Shown one piece after another: positions 30,406 to 41,699 of a DNA stretch of 64,000 nt; the first letter of the stretch is position 1; every line of letters starts with the position of its first letter. The notes under the pieces are model-generated. The model did not search any database. It saw only the letters and a list, made by a program, of their open reading frames with translations, and was not told the origin of the DNA. The stretch is from an uncultured Acidobacteriota bacterium (GTDB taxonomy: Bacteria; Acidobacteriota; Thermoanaerobaculia; Multivoradales; UBA5704): assembly GCA_963770895.1 (NCBI GenBank), contig CAVYRF010000002.1, positions 3,296,001 through 3,360,000 of the forward strand, written 5' to 3'. A program made the translations under genes and the position numbers.

Positions 30406-31689
30406 TCACTCTCCAGCGGAGACCACGCCAGCCACTAGCTCGGGAGACGACGCTGCCTCTTCCGAGGAGATGCGTGTCAACTCTTCCGCCCAAGTGGCCA
30501 AGGCTTGCCTCTTCTCCTTGTCGAACCGATAGCGGTTATAGATGCTGGTCACGCCTCGAGGCTTGTGGTTCAAGATCTCAGGCACCAAGTCGCTGAAGCC
30601 GAGGCGCGCGATATGGGTGGCACAGGTCCGGCGCAGATCGTGGGGAGTAAAGTTAATGCCCGTAGCTTGCCGGACCTCTAGCAACGGCTTGCGGATCGAG
30701 GCGAGCGGCCGGCCAGGCGACCCGGAGAAGACGTAGGGCGAGCCATCTTTGCGCAGCCGCCGCTCGGCGATGACCGCTCTCGCAGGCTCCGAGAGATAGA
30801 CGCGCGACGCGACTCCGTTCTTCGAATGCGCAGCGCGCAGGTTGTACCACTCGTCGCCATCGAAGTCAGCCCAAGCCATGTGCATGGCCTCGCCCGGCCG
30901 CATGCCGGTCAACAGAATGAGCTTGGCAACCTGATAAGCGGCGTCGCCACCGTCGCCGTGGAGCTTCTGCAGGAGGGTCCGCAGCTCCCGCTCGTTCAGA
31001 TAGCGGTCCTTCGGCGTCTCCTTATTTTTCGAGATGCCCACGACGGGGTTGAAGCTCACTAGGTCCCGTTGCAGGCCGAAGTTGAACATCTTCGACAGCA
31101 GCGCCTGTAGGCGGTTCGCGGCAACCGGACCGGCGGTTACGCGGGCTTCATCGAGATAGGCGATGACCGTGCGGCGGTCAATCTCGGCAAGCGGCACGTC
31201 GCTCCATCGTGGCAGGAGCTTGTAGCGCATCGCCCGCTCGTCGGGCACAGGGTCCTTCTTCCGAATCCAGGCATGGTGCTGTAAGTACTCGGCGACGAGC
31301 TGGCCAAAGCTCGCCGGCAGGAAGCCGTCCGGCAGGAACGCCACGAGGCGACCCGCAACAGCGGTCCTGTCCGAGGCCTGGGGGCGCTCGGTCGCCGGCC
31401 CCGGGTCCACCCCCTTTGCCAGATCACCGAGAGCCGCTCGGGCTCGCTGGCGGGCCCTTGCAAGACTGATTGCCGGTGCTTCGAGCCCATAGTGACCGAG
31501 ATCCAGCCGCCGAACCTTCCGGTCCCTGGCCTTACCGGCGCTCGGTGTGCGGTACATCAGGAAGAAGCTCTTCTTGCCAGTCCGGCCCCAAACCCGAACC
31601 CCGAACCCCGCGATTCCGCCCTCGCCGTCAAAGACGTCCTCTCGCTCCTGCTGCGTCCTCAGTGCTCGCACCTGCTTATCGGTCAGCAT
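30406..31689 (-). CDS. int: Tyrosine integrase (P4-like, with arm-binding domain)
   Basis: GFGVRV arm-binding N-terminus, LTGMRPGE, SKNG, HDLRRT, LNH, IYNRY. Confidence 0.95.
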   Translation of the reverse strand: MLTDKQVRALRTQQEREDVFDGEGGIAGFGVRVWGRTGKKSFFLMYRTPSAGKARDRKVRRLDLGHYGLEAPAISLARARQRARAALGDLAKGVDPGPATERPQASDRTAVAGRLVAFLPDGFLPASFGQLVAEYLQHHAWIRKKDPVPDERAMRYKLLPRWSDVPLAEIDRRTVIAYLDEARVTAGPVAANRLQALLSKMFNFGLQRDLVSFNPVVGISKNKETPKDRYLNERELRTLLQKLHGDGGDAAYQVAKLILLTGMRPGEAMHMAWADFDGDEWYNLRAAHSKNGVASRVYLSEPARAVIAERRLRKDGSPYVFSGSPGRPLASIRKPLLEVRQATGINFTPHDLRRTCATHIARLGFSDLVPEILNHKPRGVTSIYNRYRFDKEKRQALATWAEELTRISSEEAASSPELVAGVVSAGE

Positions 31690-31727
31690 GACCCCCTCCT
31701 GGCCTGATTGCCGTGCTGGTGTTAGGC

Positions 31728-31758
31728 TGTGTTACCCGTATGCCTGGCGGGTAACACA
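31728..31758. repeat. Perfect 11-bp inverted repeat TGTGTTACCCG upstream of integrase 1 (arm site or operator)
   Basis: 31728-31738 and 31748-31758. Confidence 0.55.
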
Positions 31759-31884
31759 CAGCCGGAGACAACAGGCGACACGTAACGCCAGCCAAAGACA
31801 TGTAACCTATTATACTACAGCATGATAAGTGCAGAAATGTGCAGGTGTAGTCAGCTAGAGACAAGCGCATAACGTCATGAAACA

Positions 31885-31900
31885 TGACTGAAAATCACGG
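31885..31900 (+). repeat. att core 1: 16-bp copy of tRNA-Phe 3064-3079
   Basis: TGACTGAAAATCACGG identical to the tRNA anticodon arm. Confidence 0.85.
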
Positions 31901-32707
31901 GTCGAGTGGCGCGGGGGAATTTCACCCCCGCGCTCTCACGGAACCGGACGTGAGGCTCTCGCCTCATCCGGCTCTTACGATCCAGCCTCCGGTTGCGCCC
32001 CGAGGGTCCACAGCACGAATAGCGTCGGGTTGCGCCGAGCGACGAGTCCCAGCCAATGCACTGAGGCCCGCTTTCGGCGTTGCAGCCGTTTGTACTTCCG
32101 TCGCGCCCAGGCCGCGAGGGCCTCGTTGAGGTGGCGAAGGACCTGGAGACACTTCGACCTGTAGAACCGGCCATAGTAGTTCATCCAGCCCCGTACCGAC
32201 GGATTGACGAGCCGAGCCAGATCCTCCAGGGTTTGATTGTTCCTGGCGGACGCCATCCGCCACTGCCGGATGGTGGCGCGGATCGCCTTGGCGGCGTTGG
32301 TGCTGATCGCCGGCAGGAAGCTGACGAAAAACTCTCCCTGGGGGTTCTTTGCGCGTCGAGGTTGGAAGGTGTAGCCCAGGAAGTCGAACGCTACGTGTTC
32401 GTGCTCCCCACGCCGATTGTCGTCCTTGCAGTAGACGATCCGGGTCTTCACCGGGTGAAGATCCAGACCGCACTGCTCGAACCGATCCCGGATGGCGTCC
32501 AACACTTCTTCGGCCTGCGACCTGCTCCGGCAATGGACGATCGCGTCGTCCGCATAACGTTCGAACTGGACGCTCCGGAAGTTCCCTTGCATCCAGTGCT
32601 CGGCGACAATTACTGCTGTGCAGTGGCGACAACTACACCTGTGCAATTTGAGCAGCGCGTGAAGTGGTTGGCGGTCTCGTACCCCCGGCGACCGGGGAGG
32701 AGGCTGT

Positions 32708-34183
32708 TTGGTCACGAGCGACGCACAGGTGAGACGACTCATGGAAGAGCTGGAGCGAGAAGGCAGGATCGGCAAAGCCGCCCTACGTGCGGGGATGCAC
32801 CGCAACACGGCGCGGCGGTACCGGAAGCTGGGAAAGTTGCCATCGGAGCTGAAGCAGCCGCGGACGTGGCGGACGCGGGAGGACCCGTTTGCCGCGGATT
32901 GGCCGGCTTTGGCGCAGCGTCTTTCGGAGGCGCCGGAGCTGGAAGCGAAGGTACTGTTCGAGGATTTGGTGGCGCGGCGTCCGGAGCGTTACGGGCCCGG
33001 GCAGATGCGGACGTTTCAGCGGCGGGTCAAGGTGTGGCGGGCGCAGCAAGGTCCCGCCAAGGAGGTGTTTTTCTCGCAGCAGCATCGGCCGGGTGAGGCG
33101 ATGCAGAGCGACTTCACCTGGGCCAAGGAGCTGGCGATCACGATCGGCGGCAAGCCGTTCAGCCACCTGCTGTGTCAGGCGGTGCTGCCGTACTCGAATT
33201 GGTCGTGGGTGACGGTGTGCTTTTCGGAATCGCTGTCGGCTCTGCGCCGCGGCGTACAGAGCGCGGTGTTCCGGTTGGGGCGGGTACCGCGGTTTCATCA
33301 GACGGATAACTCCACGGCGGCGACGCACGACCTGCGGACGGGCAAGCGCGGCTTCAACGCTGAGTATGAGGCGTTGATGCGTCACTTGGGGATGGAACCG
33401 CGGACCATCGAACCGGGCCAGAAGCATCAGAACGGTGACGTCGAGGCGCTCAACGGCGCGCTCAAGCGCCGGATCGAGCAGCATCTGTTGTTGCGTGGCA
33501 GCCGCGACTTTGCGAGCCAGGAGGCCTACGAATCGTGGCTTGTGGAGGTGATGGAGAAAGCCAACCGGCTGCGCCGCCGTCGGCTGGCTGAGGAGCTGGA
33601 GGCGATGCATGCGCTACGCGTGGATCGTCTGCCGGAGTACAGCGAGGTGGAGGTCCGGGTGAGCAGCTGGAGCACGATTCGCGTCAAGCACAACGCCTAC
33701 TCGGTGCCGTCACGCTTGACCGGCGAGCGGGTACGGGTGCGGCTGTTTGACGCCCGGTTGGAGGTCTTCTACGGCGGCAGTCATCAGCTGACGATCGATC
33801 GGCTGCGCGGCGAAGGGGGTCACCGCATCGACTACCGTCACATCATCTGGTCATTGGTGCGCAAGCCCGGCGCCTTCGCCCGCTACCGCTATCGCGAGGA
33901 GCTGTTTCCAACGCCGGCCTTTCGCCGCGCCTATGACCGACTGCACGCCGCACGGGCGACGCCGCGGGCCGATCTGGAGTACCTGCGGATTCTGCATTTG
34001 GCCGCCTCGACGATGGAGTCGGAGGTGGAGGTGGCGTTGGAGCTGTTGGGCAAGGAGTTGCCATTGTACGAGCGCGTCAAGGGCCTGGTGCAGCCTGCGC
34101 GATCGTTGGCGGCGCCGGCGGTTTCGGAGCCGGTGGTCGACTTGCGTGCTTACGATGCGTTGCTGGCACAGGTGGCGTCATGA
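32708..34183 (+). CDS. istA: IS21 transposase IstA
   Basis: RTREDPF, QSDFT, TDNS, NGDVE, YSVPSRL. Confidence 0.92.
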   Translation: MVTSDAQVRRLMEELEREGRIGKAALRAGMHRNTARRYRKLGKLPSELKQPRTWRTREDPFAADWPALAQRLSEAPELEAKVLFEDLVARRPERYGPGQMRTFQRRVKVWRAQQGPAKEVFFSQQHRPGEAMQSDFTWAKELAITIGGKPFSHLLCQAVLPYSNWSWVTVCFSESLSALRRGVQSAVFRLGRVPRFHQTDNSTAATHDLRTGKRGFNAEYEALMRHLGMEPRTIEPGQKHQNGDVEALNGALKRRIEQHLLLRGSRDFASQEAYESWLVEVMEKANRLRRRRLAEELEAMHALRVDRLPEYSEVEVRVSSWSTIRVKHNAYSVPSRLTGERVRVRLFDARLEVFYGGSHQLTIDRLRGEGGHRIDYRHIIWSLVRKPGAFARYRYREELFPTPAFRRAYDRLHAARATPRADLEYLRILHLAASTMESEVEVALELLGKELPLYERVKGLVQPARSLAAPAVSEPVVDLRAYDALLAQVAS

Positions 34184-34947
34184 GCGCGGCGGCGGCAAGT
34201 CTGTCGATCCAGCTGCGGGAGCTCAAGCTGCCGGCGTTCGTGGCCTACCACGCGGAGGTAGCGCAGCGGGCCGAGCAGGGCGGCTGGTCGTTTGAGGAGT
34301 ACCTGGTGCAGCTGACGCAGCTGGAGCTCGACGAGCGCCAACAGCGCAAGCTCGAACGCCTGCGCCGGGCCTCGCAGTTACCGGCGGAGAAGACGCTGGC
34401 GACGCTGGACCTATCGCGTCTTCCGGCCAAGGTCCGTCGCCTCCTGCCCAGCCTGTGCGAGGGCGGCTTCGTCGAGCGGGCGGAGAATCTGCTGGCGTTC
34501 GGCCTGCCCGGTCGGGGCAAGTCGCACACGTTGTGCGCGGTCGGTCACGCGCTGGTCGAGCGCGGCTACAAGGTGCTGTTCACGCCGGCGTACCGGCTGG
34601 TGCAGCGTCTGCTGGTGGCCAAGCGGAACCTCGCGTTGGAGGGCGAGCTGCGCCGTCTGGACGGCTTTGACGCCGTGCTGGTGGACGACATCGGCTACAT
34701 CCAGCAGGACCGCGAGGAGATGGAGGTACTGTTCACGTTTCTTGCCGAGCGCTACGAGCGCAAGAGCGTGCTGATCACCAGCAACCTGGTGTTTTCCCAG
34801 TGGGATCAGATCTTCAAGAACCCGATGACCACGGCCGCGGCGATCGACCGCCTGGTCCACCACGCGGTGATCCTGGAGATGACCGGTCCTAGCCTGCGCT
34901 CGGAAACCGCCGTATTGAAGAATCGCGCCGAGGCAGACAGTGCATAA
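34180..34947 (+). CDS. istB: IS21 helper ATPase IstB
   Basis: GLPGRGKSH, DDIGY, AAIDRLVHH. Confidence 0.95.
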   Translation: MSAAAASLSIQLRELKLPAFVAYHAEVAQRAEQGGWSFEEYLVQLTQLELDERQQRKLERLRRASQLPAEKTLATLDLSRLPAKVRRLLPSLCEGGFVERAENLLAFGLPGRGKSHTLCAVGHALVERGYKVLFTPAYRLVQRLLVAKRNLALEGELRRLDGFDAVLVDDIGYIQQDREEMEVLFTFLAERYERKSVLITSNLVFSQWDQIFKNPMTTAAAIDRLVHHAVILEMTGPSLRSETAVLKNRAEADSA

Positions 34948-35611
34948 GCAAACGCTGCCGGCCTGTGGAAGGTGCCGTCCTGTGGAAAACTGGAGCCGCC
35001 GCCCGCCCCACCTCCAGTTTCCCACAGGACTTGGACCACCCACTCGCGTTTCCCACACCTCCGCACAGGCCCGGCGGCGACTAGGCTCTATGCGCCTGAT
35101 TCCATTGAAGAAAGAAGCTACCCCGAAGGCCGGGCCTGCGGCCCGCCCTTCTCCCCCTACACAATGCACAAGTGTAATTGTCGTCGCTGCACAAGTGTAG
35201 TTGACGCCGGGCAATCCAGGTGTCGAACGCATAGTGCAGGAAGAGGTTGGCCAGCAGCGGACTGAGGACTCCGCCCTGCGGCGTGCCCCTCGTGCGCGGC
35301 TCCACGGTCCCGTCTGCCCGCTGCACGGGGGCGCGAAGCCACCGTGCAACGTACAGGCGGACCCATGGGATGTCGGTGTGGTGCGCCACGGCGCGCTCGA
35401 CGAGATCGTGATCCAGGCTGTCAAAGAACGCCTTGATGTCCAGATCGATGACCCAGTCGGCGGCCCAGCATCGCCTCCTGGCAGTCTCCACGGCGTCGAG
35501 CGCAGACCGGCCAGGTCGATAGGCGAACGAGTCGGGATGGAAGCTTGGCTCCACCAGCGGCTCGAGCACCATCTTCGTGACCGTCTGAGCAACGCGGTCG
35601 GCAACCGTGGG

Positions 35612-36567
35612 AATCGTGGTTTCAAATTGCGCCTCTTGCAGTAGTGGTTTGAGTTCGTAGCTTGATCCGCGTCGAACGAGAGACTCTCTGCCGGCAGGCT
35701 TCCTCCACGGCACGCGAAAACGGCACGCTCAAGCGCCCGCCCGCGCCGCGGCGCACGTCAAGCTGGCCGCAAGAGATCCAGTAGTAGACCACGCTCTCCG
35801 CGAGGTCGAGGCGATCGGCGATCTCGGCGACGGTCAACTCGCCGGGGCCGACAAGCGATCGTAGGGGGGCGGGAATCTTGTTCGCATAACGAATCCAGCG
35901 GACGGCGGCGGCGTTGAAGGGACGCCCCGCGCCGGTCGTCAAGCCGGCAGCCGCAAGCTCGGCCACGAGCTCCTCGGCGCTGCGCCCGGAGTGGCGCCTC
36001 ACCAGGTCGATCGCAGCGGCGGGGGTCTGCCGCGGCACGGAGCGAAGGACGACCAGCTCTTCGCTCGCTCCTGTCCGCCAGCGAATGCCCACGCGTATCC
36101 GCGCCCGTCCTCCGAGATCAAGGCAACGTCGGCCACAAGGGTACGCAAGAGGCGTTTGCGATCTTTGGGCGAAGTGGTGGGCGCGGCCCACAGATGAGGT
36201 AAGTCCAGGGCCAACGCTGCCAGATCGTCGCGTGACGGCAAGGGAGCGGCCACCGCCCGCGACGTCGCCAAGGCAGCCTCCGCCTCGCCGAGGACCACCA
36301 GCTTCTCCTCCCAGCGTTGCTCGAGGCTGCGAGCGACCAGACGGTTCTCGGGCTCACAGCGGTGGAACGCCCGCTCCGCCCTCGCTGCCTCGTAGCGGGC
36401 TCGCTCCACTTGGAGTTCTTGCGCTCGGGTGCTGCGCTCCCGTCGCGTGGTGACTTCCTCCGCCGCCGCCAAGGCCAGCGCGATTTGTTCTGGAGCCACG
36501 GCCGCGAGCAGTCGTTCGGCCACCGCGACCCCTTGGTGGCATGGGCGGCATCGCTCCCCATCATCTA
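35612..36567 (-). pseudogene. C-terminal fragment of a second y4bA-like serine recombinase, with its element end
   Basis: ERARYEA, EPENRLVARSLE..W, DRKRLLRTLV paralogous to 14377-16458; frameshifted. Confidence 0.85.
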
Positions 36568-36571
36568 CTAA

Positions 36572-38074
36572 CTCTACTTTGTCAGATTCGTCGACGAGGT
36601 AGAGGCCCTGGATTCTTGCTGTCGGCGAGAAGCAGAGTCGATAGCGGCTTGACGTTGGCGGTGCCGGCTCTGCACCTGACGGATCGACTCCTCGATGTCG
36701 AGGTCCCGCCGGGGTAAGAGCCGAACGAGCAGATGTTTCACGTCGGCAGCACTCAGGAGAGGAAGAGCCTCGCTCTGCAACTGCTTTTCTTTCAGAATGA
36801 AAAGCAGCGCCATCATGACGAGGGCCATGTGGTGATACCAAGCTTGCCAGCTTCGCGCCTGGTATTCGTCCATGCCGGCCTCGTTCTTGGCTTCCTGGAA
36901 GGCACGTTCGACCCAGTAGCGCTGCCGCTGCATATAAGCCAACCGTTGCAAAGAGGTCTGCTCGGCGGCATTGCTGAAGCTGTACTTGGTGGTGTCGGGC
37001 GCACCGATCTCGCGCGTCACGATCAACTGCCAACAGCGGGCTTGGGTCTCTGTGGCTTCGCGCACCCAGACGCGGCAACGCAGGGCTTGCACACGAAGCT
37101 CCCCTTGGGTCCCGCGCCGGACCCATACTTCTTGCCATGCTGCGGCCGGTTGGCGAGCAACCCATTCGTCCACACGCAAGTCTTCAGCGCGAGACTCCGG
37201 TGTCGCCCGACGTCGTTTGGCCCGACGCGGGTTGTCAAGAAAGACCCGTTGGTCCCGGTGAACATCGATGACAAACGTCTCATCGGCGTCGTCGAGGGCG
37301 CGCAGCAGAGCGCGATCCTGACCATACGTCCCATCCGCCGCCACCCAGGCGAAGTGCACTCCGTTGCGTCGTGCTCGTCGAACCAGATCCAGAGCCAACG
37401 CTGGCTTCGTCTTCATCACGCGGCGCTCAACCGGCACACCCGCCGCGGCACATCGCATTGGATCCTCGACCCACTCCCGCGGCAGGTACAGCTCCGCATC
37501 GATCAGGCTGACCCGCTTGCCTCGCGCCAAGGCGGCGAAGACCGCCACCTGGCAGTTATCCGTCTTGCCCTGCAAGCCGAACCACTGCCGAGCTACGCCC
37601 ACCGACCGAACGCCTTTCTTCGCAAAGCAGGTCTCGTCGAGCAGCAGGCAGGTGTCCTGATCTCCGCCCAACAGCCCGCCGACCTCTTTCGCCACTTGAT
37701 CCATGACGGCTCGCGCATCCCAGGGCGAATGAGCGAGAAAGTGGTGCAGTGCCTGAGCCTCGGTGCCGGGCACCACCTCTGCCATCCGCTGGACGTTGCG
37801 CTTTGCGGCCTGCAACAAACCGCTCAGATACGCCCGTGCTTGCAAGTTCACGTCTCGGGTCCGCAGGCGGAAAAGAAGCGCAAATCCCCGCTGAAAGGCC
37901 AGGAATCGCGCTCCCAGCTCTTGCAGGGGAGCTGGGGCATAGCGTCTCTCCTTCCGACTATGGTCCTTTGAGGGGGGGAAGCATCTGGTCTCGGCGAGAA
38001 ATCATACTTTCCAGCCCAATTCTAAGAGCTAACCGCCTTGGAATCAAGCGCTTCCGAAATCTGACAAAGTAGAG
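36572..38074 (-). mobile_element. IS701-family element (transposase ORF 36574-37851)
   Basis: Inverted repeats CTCTACTTTGTCAGATT flanked by CTAA; LDETCFAKKG.RSVGVARQ, ADGTYG, VERAFQEAK. Confidence 0.92.
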
Positions 38075-38079
38075 CTAAG

Positions 38080-38560
38080 CCGGGCTGTATGCCTCGGCCG
38101 GCTGTGACCCGCGCCTTCCGCGCCGGCACCGACCGCCGCGGCTTCTGCAAGATCGTTCGGTCAAGACCAACCTCGGGCACCTCGATTCGGCGGCCGGCAT
38201 CGCCGGTCTGATCAAGAGCGTGCTCGCCTTGGAGCACCGGCTCATCCCGCCGAGCTTGCACTGCGCGAGCCCAACCCGGCGGTGCCGTGGGAGGAAACGC
38301 CATTCACCGTCGCCGCCGCCGCGGAGCCCTGGGAGAGCTCCGGCGGGCCGCGGCGGGCAGGCGTCAATTCCTTCCGCATCGGTGGCACCAACGCCCACGT
38401 GGTGCTCGAAGAGGCGCCGCCCGCGGCCGCCTCGGGACCCTCGCGCCCCTGGCAGTTGGTGGTGCTGTCGGCGGCAAACGCCGCCGCGGGCGATCTCGCC
38501 GGCTGGCTCGGTGCTCATCCCGAGGTGCCGCTGGCCCCGCCTGCCCTCGTGCACCGCCTA
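38080..38560 (+). pseudogene. PKS ketosynthase C-terminal fragment, frameshifted
   Basis: [44 protein letters not shown]. Confidence 0.8.
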
Positions 38561-38569
38561 CGCCAGGCG

Positions 38570-38794
38570 CTTCATGAACGAGCGCAACCGCAGCGCCGCC
38601 GCGACGCTCGCCGACTTCGCCACGGCGCGCGGCTGCTCGCTGCGCGAGCTGGCGTTCTCCTGGCTGCTGCACCGGCCGGTCGTCTCATCGGTCATCGCCG
38701 GCGCCACCAGCGCGTACGGGCCAACGCCGCAGCCCCCGGCCGGCAGCTCACCGCCGAGGATCTCGCTGCGATCGACCGGCTCGCGACGCTCTGA
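38570..38794 (+). pseudogene. Aldo/keto reductase C-terminal fragment
   Basis: [21 protein letters not shown], then [12 protein letters not shown] in another frame. Confidence 0.7.
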
Positions 38795-38935
38795 CGGAGC
38801 GCTCGGCTTCTTGGCGGAGGAGACTAGCCCCATAAGGGCTTGTTTCTTTCTCTTCTTTATTCTAGAATTACTATTCTTGAGGATTCCTTGCATGACGCTG
38901 ACTTCTATACCCTCGGGCTGCTCGACCTAGGCGCA

Positions 38936-41659
38936 ATGCTTGGAAACACAGACCTTACTCAGTCGACAGGCCTGCCCGCTCCCCCGGTCATCGCCCGGCT
39001 CGCAGGCCTATCCGCACAGGCCATCGAATCCCTTACGAGCCCGTCCTGCCTCGCCCTTCTGCAAGCCCGGGAGCTTCTCCAAGCAGAGCTCGAAGAATCC
39101 AGACGATCCATGGCCGAGGCCATCGGCCACGCCCTGCTTGGATTCAACGTTGAGCACCGCCGGTTCCTGCTGGCGATCAAGCGCAGCTGCTTCAACCGCC
39201 GCGAGATCGGGATTCACCGCGAAAAAACACTCTGGAACGTGCTTATCCGGCTTTCCCCCAATCTGGCAGAGAGGATGGCGGCTCTTGAAGATCAACTCCG
39301 CGCGAACGATCTCGCTCTCACCGCCCTTTACAAGCGTGAGCGCACCCGCGAACGACGACATGTCCTCGACCTGATAGAAGACCACCGCTTCTTACGGGGT
39401 GTGGCCCTGGGAAGTCCTGGCTTAGTTCAGAAGATACGCGCTCATGCCCCATCTCTAACGGCTTCCGACCCACTGAAACACCCCGCGAAGTGGGAACAGA
39501 GCCTTCTTCGCTTCGTTACCCGCGCGGCGGCCAAGCTGTCCGCCAACTCGACGCTCACTACCTATGCTTTGGGGAGCATCCAGGCATCGCCATCCTCGCA
39601 AGCCCTGCATTTCGTCCACTCTCCACAAAGAGAGCTTTCATTAGTGCGCGCGGACCGCCCAGAGACCGAGAAGCTCGAAAATCTTCTTCTGCGCCATCCG
39701 GCGGTACGAGCGCGCGCCTTTGTCGCCAGCAACAACAAATGCGAAGAACTCGAGGCGGGGCGGCATCGCTTCCTGCGTGGTGGCCACTGGACCCTCGATC
39801 CTGGCGCGAAAGATCTTCGCTTTGTCGCGCCCTCACGGATTACGCTGAACCTCTCCAACTCGCTCTTGGGAGTTGCCCAAAAAGCTCTCCGTAGCGGTGA
39901 GCTCCGATATGACCGACTGCTGGCTATTCTAAGAGACGCACTTCAAGGGATTCCGATAGCCGACACGCCCAGCACGTGCCCCGAGAGCGCGCTCGATCAA
40001 TTCCTTGACCTCGGACTCCTTGTTCTCATGCCGCCATGGCGACCTTATGATGCCTGGTTGGAGCAACAAATCTGCGAGTTCCTGCGAGCGGTGCCAAACG
40101 CACCCGCTCTTCTCTCGATTGCCGACATCCTGGACGAGCTCCTCGCCGCCGAAAGACGATTCGCTTCAACGCCCCGGCCCGAGACTGCGATCGCCAGCAT
40201 GGAAGATACCTTCTCGCGGCTGCTCAACACGGTTGCCCACCAAGTCGGCCATGAGGGTTCGCTCACAACTCGGCCCCATTTCTTCGAAGACGTGCTCGTA
40301 GAACCCGTGGCGCCCTCAGCAGACAACCGGATACTCATTCAGGTCGCGGCGTCAACGGTTCAGAAGATCCTCGAGAGCGCAACCCTTGTCTCACGCTTTG
40401 CGGGCTTGTTCAACCATCGCCACGACGTTCTGCACACCCTGGCCGCCTGGTGGAAGGATCACGAGCCAAGCCGTCGCGAGATCCCCTTTCTCGTGATCGC
40501 CCAGGGGTTTGCCCCGATCTGGAGCCAGTTCATCCATTTTAACAAGACCGCGAACGCGTCTACCCTCAGCATGTTCGATCCGCTGCAAACGTCTAGTCTC
40601 CGGACGCTGCTGGAATTACGCCGGACACTCCTCGTCAACTACAGAGCTTTGCTGAGCGCATCGCCAACAAAAGATCTCATCTCACCGCAAGATCTCGCAG
40701 AGCTCGTACAGTCGCTTCCCTGCCGCTACGCCCCTCTGGTCGGATCATGCGTCTTCGTCCAACCCATCGATGCCGATGGCGATTACTGGGTGCTCAACGA
40801 TATTCATGAGGGGACGGGCCGCTACTTGAGCCGCGTCACACCACTGTTGGAAAAGCCACTCCAGCAGCGGTTCCTCGACCATCTAACTGCGAGATCGACT
40901 GTCGCTCTCGAAGGAGAGGAGGCCGATCTACTGGAGGTCATGAATCCCTGGGGCAACCTGGTAAATGCGCATCCGCCTCAGGCAGCGAAAGTCTTGGACA
41001 TCCCGGGCCTGCGCCTTGATCTGCCGCCAGCGCGGAGGATCCGGCTCGGCGACCTCACAGTGCAAGCGGATCTCGACGCCGAGGACTTCCGTTTGGTCGA
41101 CGCTTCAGGACGGCGCATGCTCCCCGTCAACCTGAGCACCCTGGCCGATGTCTGGCATCCAAATATCCTACGCTTTCTTCTCGCGTTTGGGCCTGGCCAG
41201 ACTCGCGGTGTCTTTCCCCCTGCGCACTCGGAGGGCGATGATAACCTGTGCAGCTTCGACCGCTTAACCTGCGGCAAGTTGGTGCTACGCCGGCGGCGCT
41301 GGATGATCGCTATCCAATGCCTCCGCGAAGGGTTGCAGGGTCTTTCCGCTCTCGAATCTTACGCTTACGTCCAAACCTGGCGCCGTCGGTTACAGCTGCC
41401 GCAGGTGGGCTTTTATTCCGAGCGCACCTATCATGGTGCATTCAAGCCACAGTATGTTGACCTAAGCTCTCCGTCCCTGTGCGGACTTTTCGTGTCCAGC
41501 CTGAGCAGGATGACGGCTGGACATCTGGTCCTTGAAGAAGCCCTGCCTTCACCCGCAAGCTACCCTTTCGATGTGATGGCAAATCGCCGAGGGCTTGAGC
41601 TTCTGATAGATAGCTTGGCAATCCGTGCCGCTGGTGGAGCTCACTCTGCCAAGGCATGA
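38936..41659 (+). CDS. lanB: LanB-type dehydratase glutamylation domain (small LanB/PEARL-like)
   Basis: N-terminal RLAGL, RAAAK..NST, RRRW, KPQYVDLSSP, EEALP; about 907 aa with no fused elimination domain. Confidence 0.85.
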   Translation: MLGNTDLTQSTGLPAPPVIARLAGLSAQAIESLTSPSCLALLQARELLQAELEESRRSMAEAIGHALLGFNVEHRRFLLAIKRSCFNRREIGIHREKTLWNVLIRLSPNLAERMAALEDQLRANDLALTALYKRERTRERRHVLDLIEDHRFLRGVALGSPGLVQKIRAHAPSLTASDPLKHPAKWEQSLLRFVTRAAAKLSANSTLTTYALGSIQASPSSQALHFVHSPQRELSLVRADRPETEKLENLLLRHPAVRARAFVASNNKCEELEAGRHRFLRGGHWTLDPGAKDLRFVAPSRITLNLSNSLLGVAQKALRSGELRYDRLLAILRDALQGIPIADTPSTCPESALDQFLDLGLLVLMPPWRPYDAWLEQQICEFLRAVPNAPALLSIADILDELLAAERRFASTPRPETAIASMEDTFSRLLNTVAHQVGHEGSLTTRPHFFEDVLVEPVAPSADNRILIQVAASTVQKILESATLVSRFAGLFNHRHDVLHTLAAWWKDHEPSRREIPFLVIAQGFAPIWSQFIHFNKTANASTLSMFDPLQTSSLRTLLELRRTLLVNYRALLSASPTKDLISPQDLAELVQSLPCRYAPLVGSCVFVQPIDADGDYWVLNDIHEGTGRYLSRVTPLLEKPLQQRFLDHLTARSTVALEGEEADLLEVMNPWGNLVNAHPPQAAKVLDIPGLRLDLPPARRIRLGDLTVQADLDAEDFRLVDASGRRMLPVNLSTLADVWHPNILRFLLAFGPGQTRGVFPPAHSEGDDNLCSFDRLTCGKLVLRRRRWMIAIQCLREGLQGLSALESYAYVQTWRRRLQLPQVGFYSERTYHGAFKPQYVDLSSPSLCGLFVSSLSRMTAGHLVLEEALPSPASYPFDVMANRRGLELLIDSLAIRAAGGAHSAKA

Positions 41660-41699
41660 GTACGACAGAGAGATGAATCTCTCAGAAAGGAAGTGCAAA

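Larger units (their letters stand above)
32597..35213 (+). mobile_element. IS21-family element
   Basis: TGC...GCA inverted ends with internal repeats; 6-bp ATCCAG duplication. Confidence 0.92.
31901..35611 (-). mobile_element. Group II intron copy 1 (class D), 5'-truncated, with RT gene interrupted by IS21
   Basis: Domain V GAGCCGGATGAGGCGAGAGCCTCACGTCCGGTTC, domain VI ending ACTCGAC, RT fragments PQGG and YADD. Confidence 0.9.

Noticed and set aside
31884-31920. Second or third tRNA-Phe gene (also at 54355)
   Set aside because: Only 15-16 bp of the anticodon arm is present; there is no acceptor, D or T arm.
35081-35713. Novel RT fusion ORFs (also 31975..32808 and 13498..14691)
   Set aside because: These are chimeric read-throughs across insertion junctions.
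30240-38560. PKS cluster or PKS-RiPP hybrid
   Set aside because: Only short AT and KS scraps (the KS frameshifted), on opposite strands and 8 kb apart.
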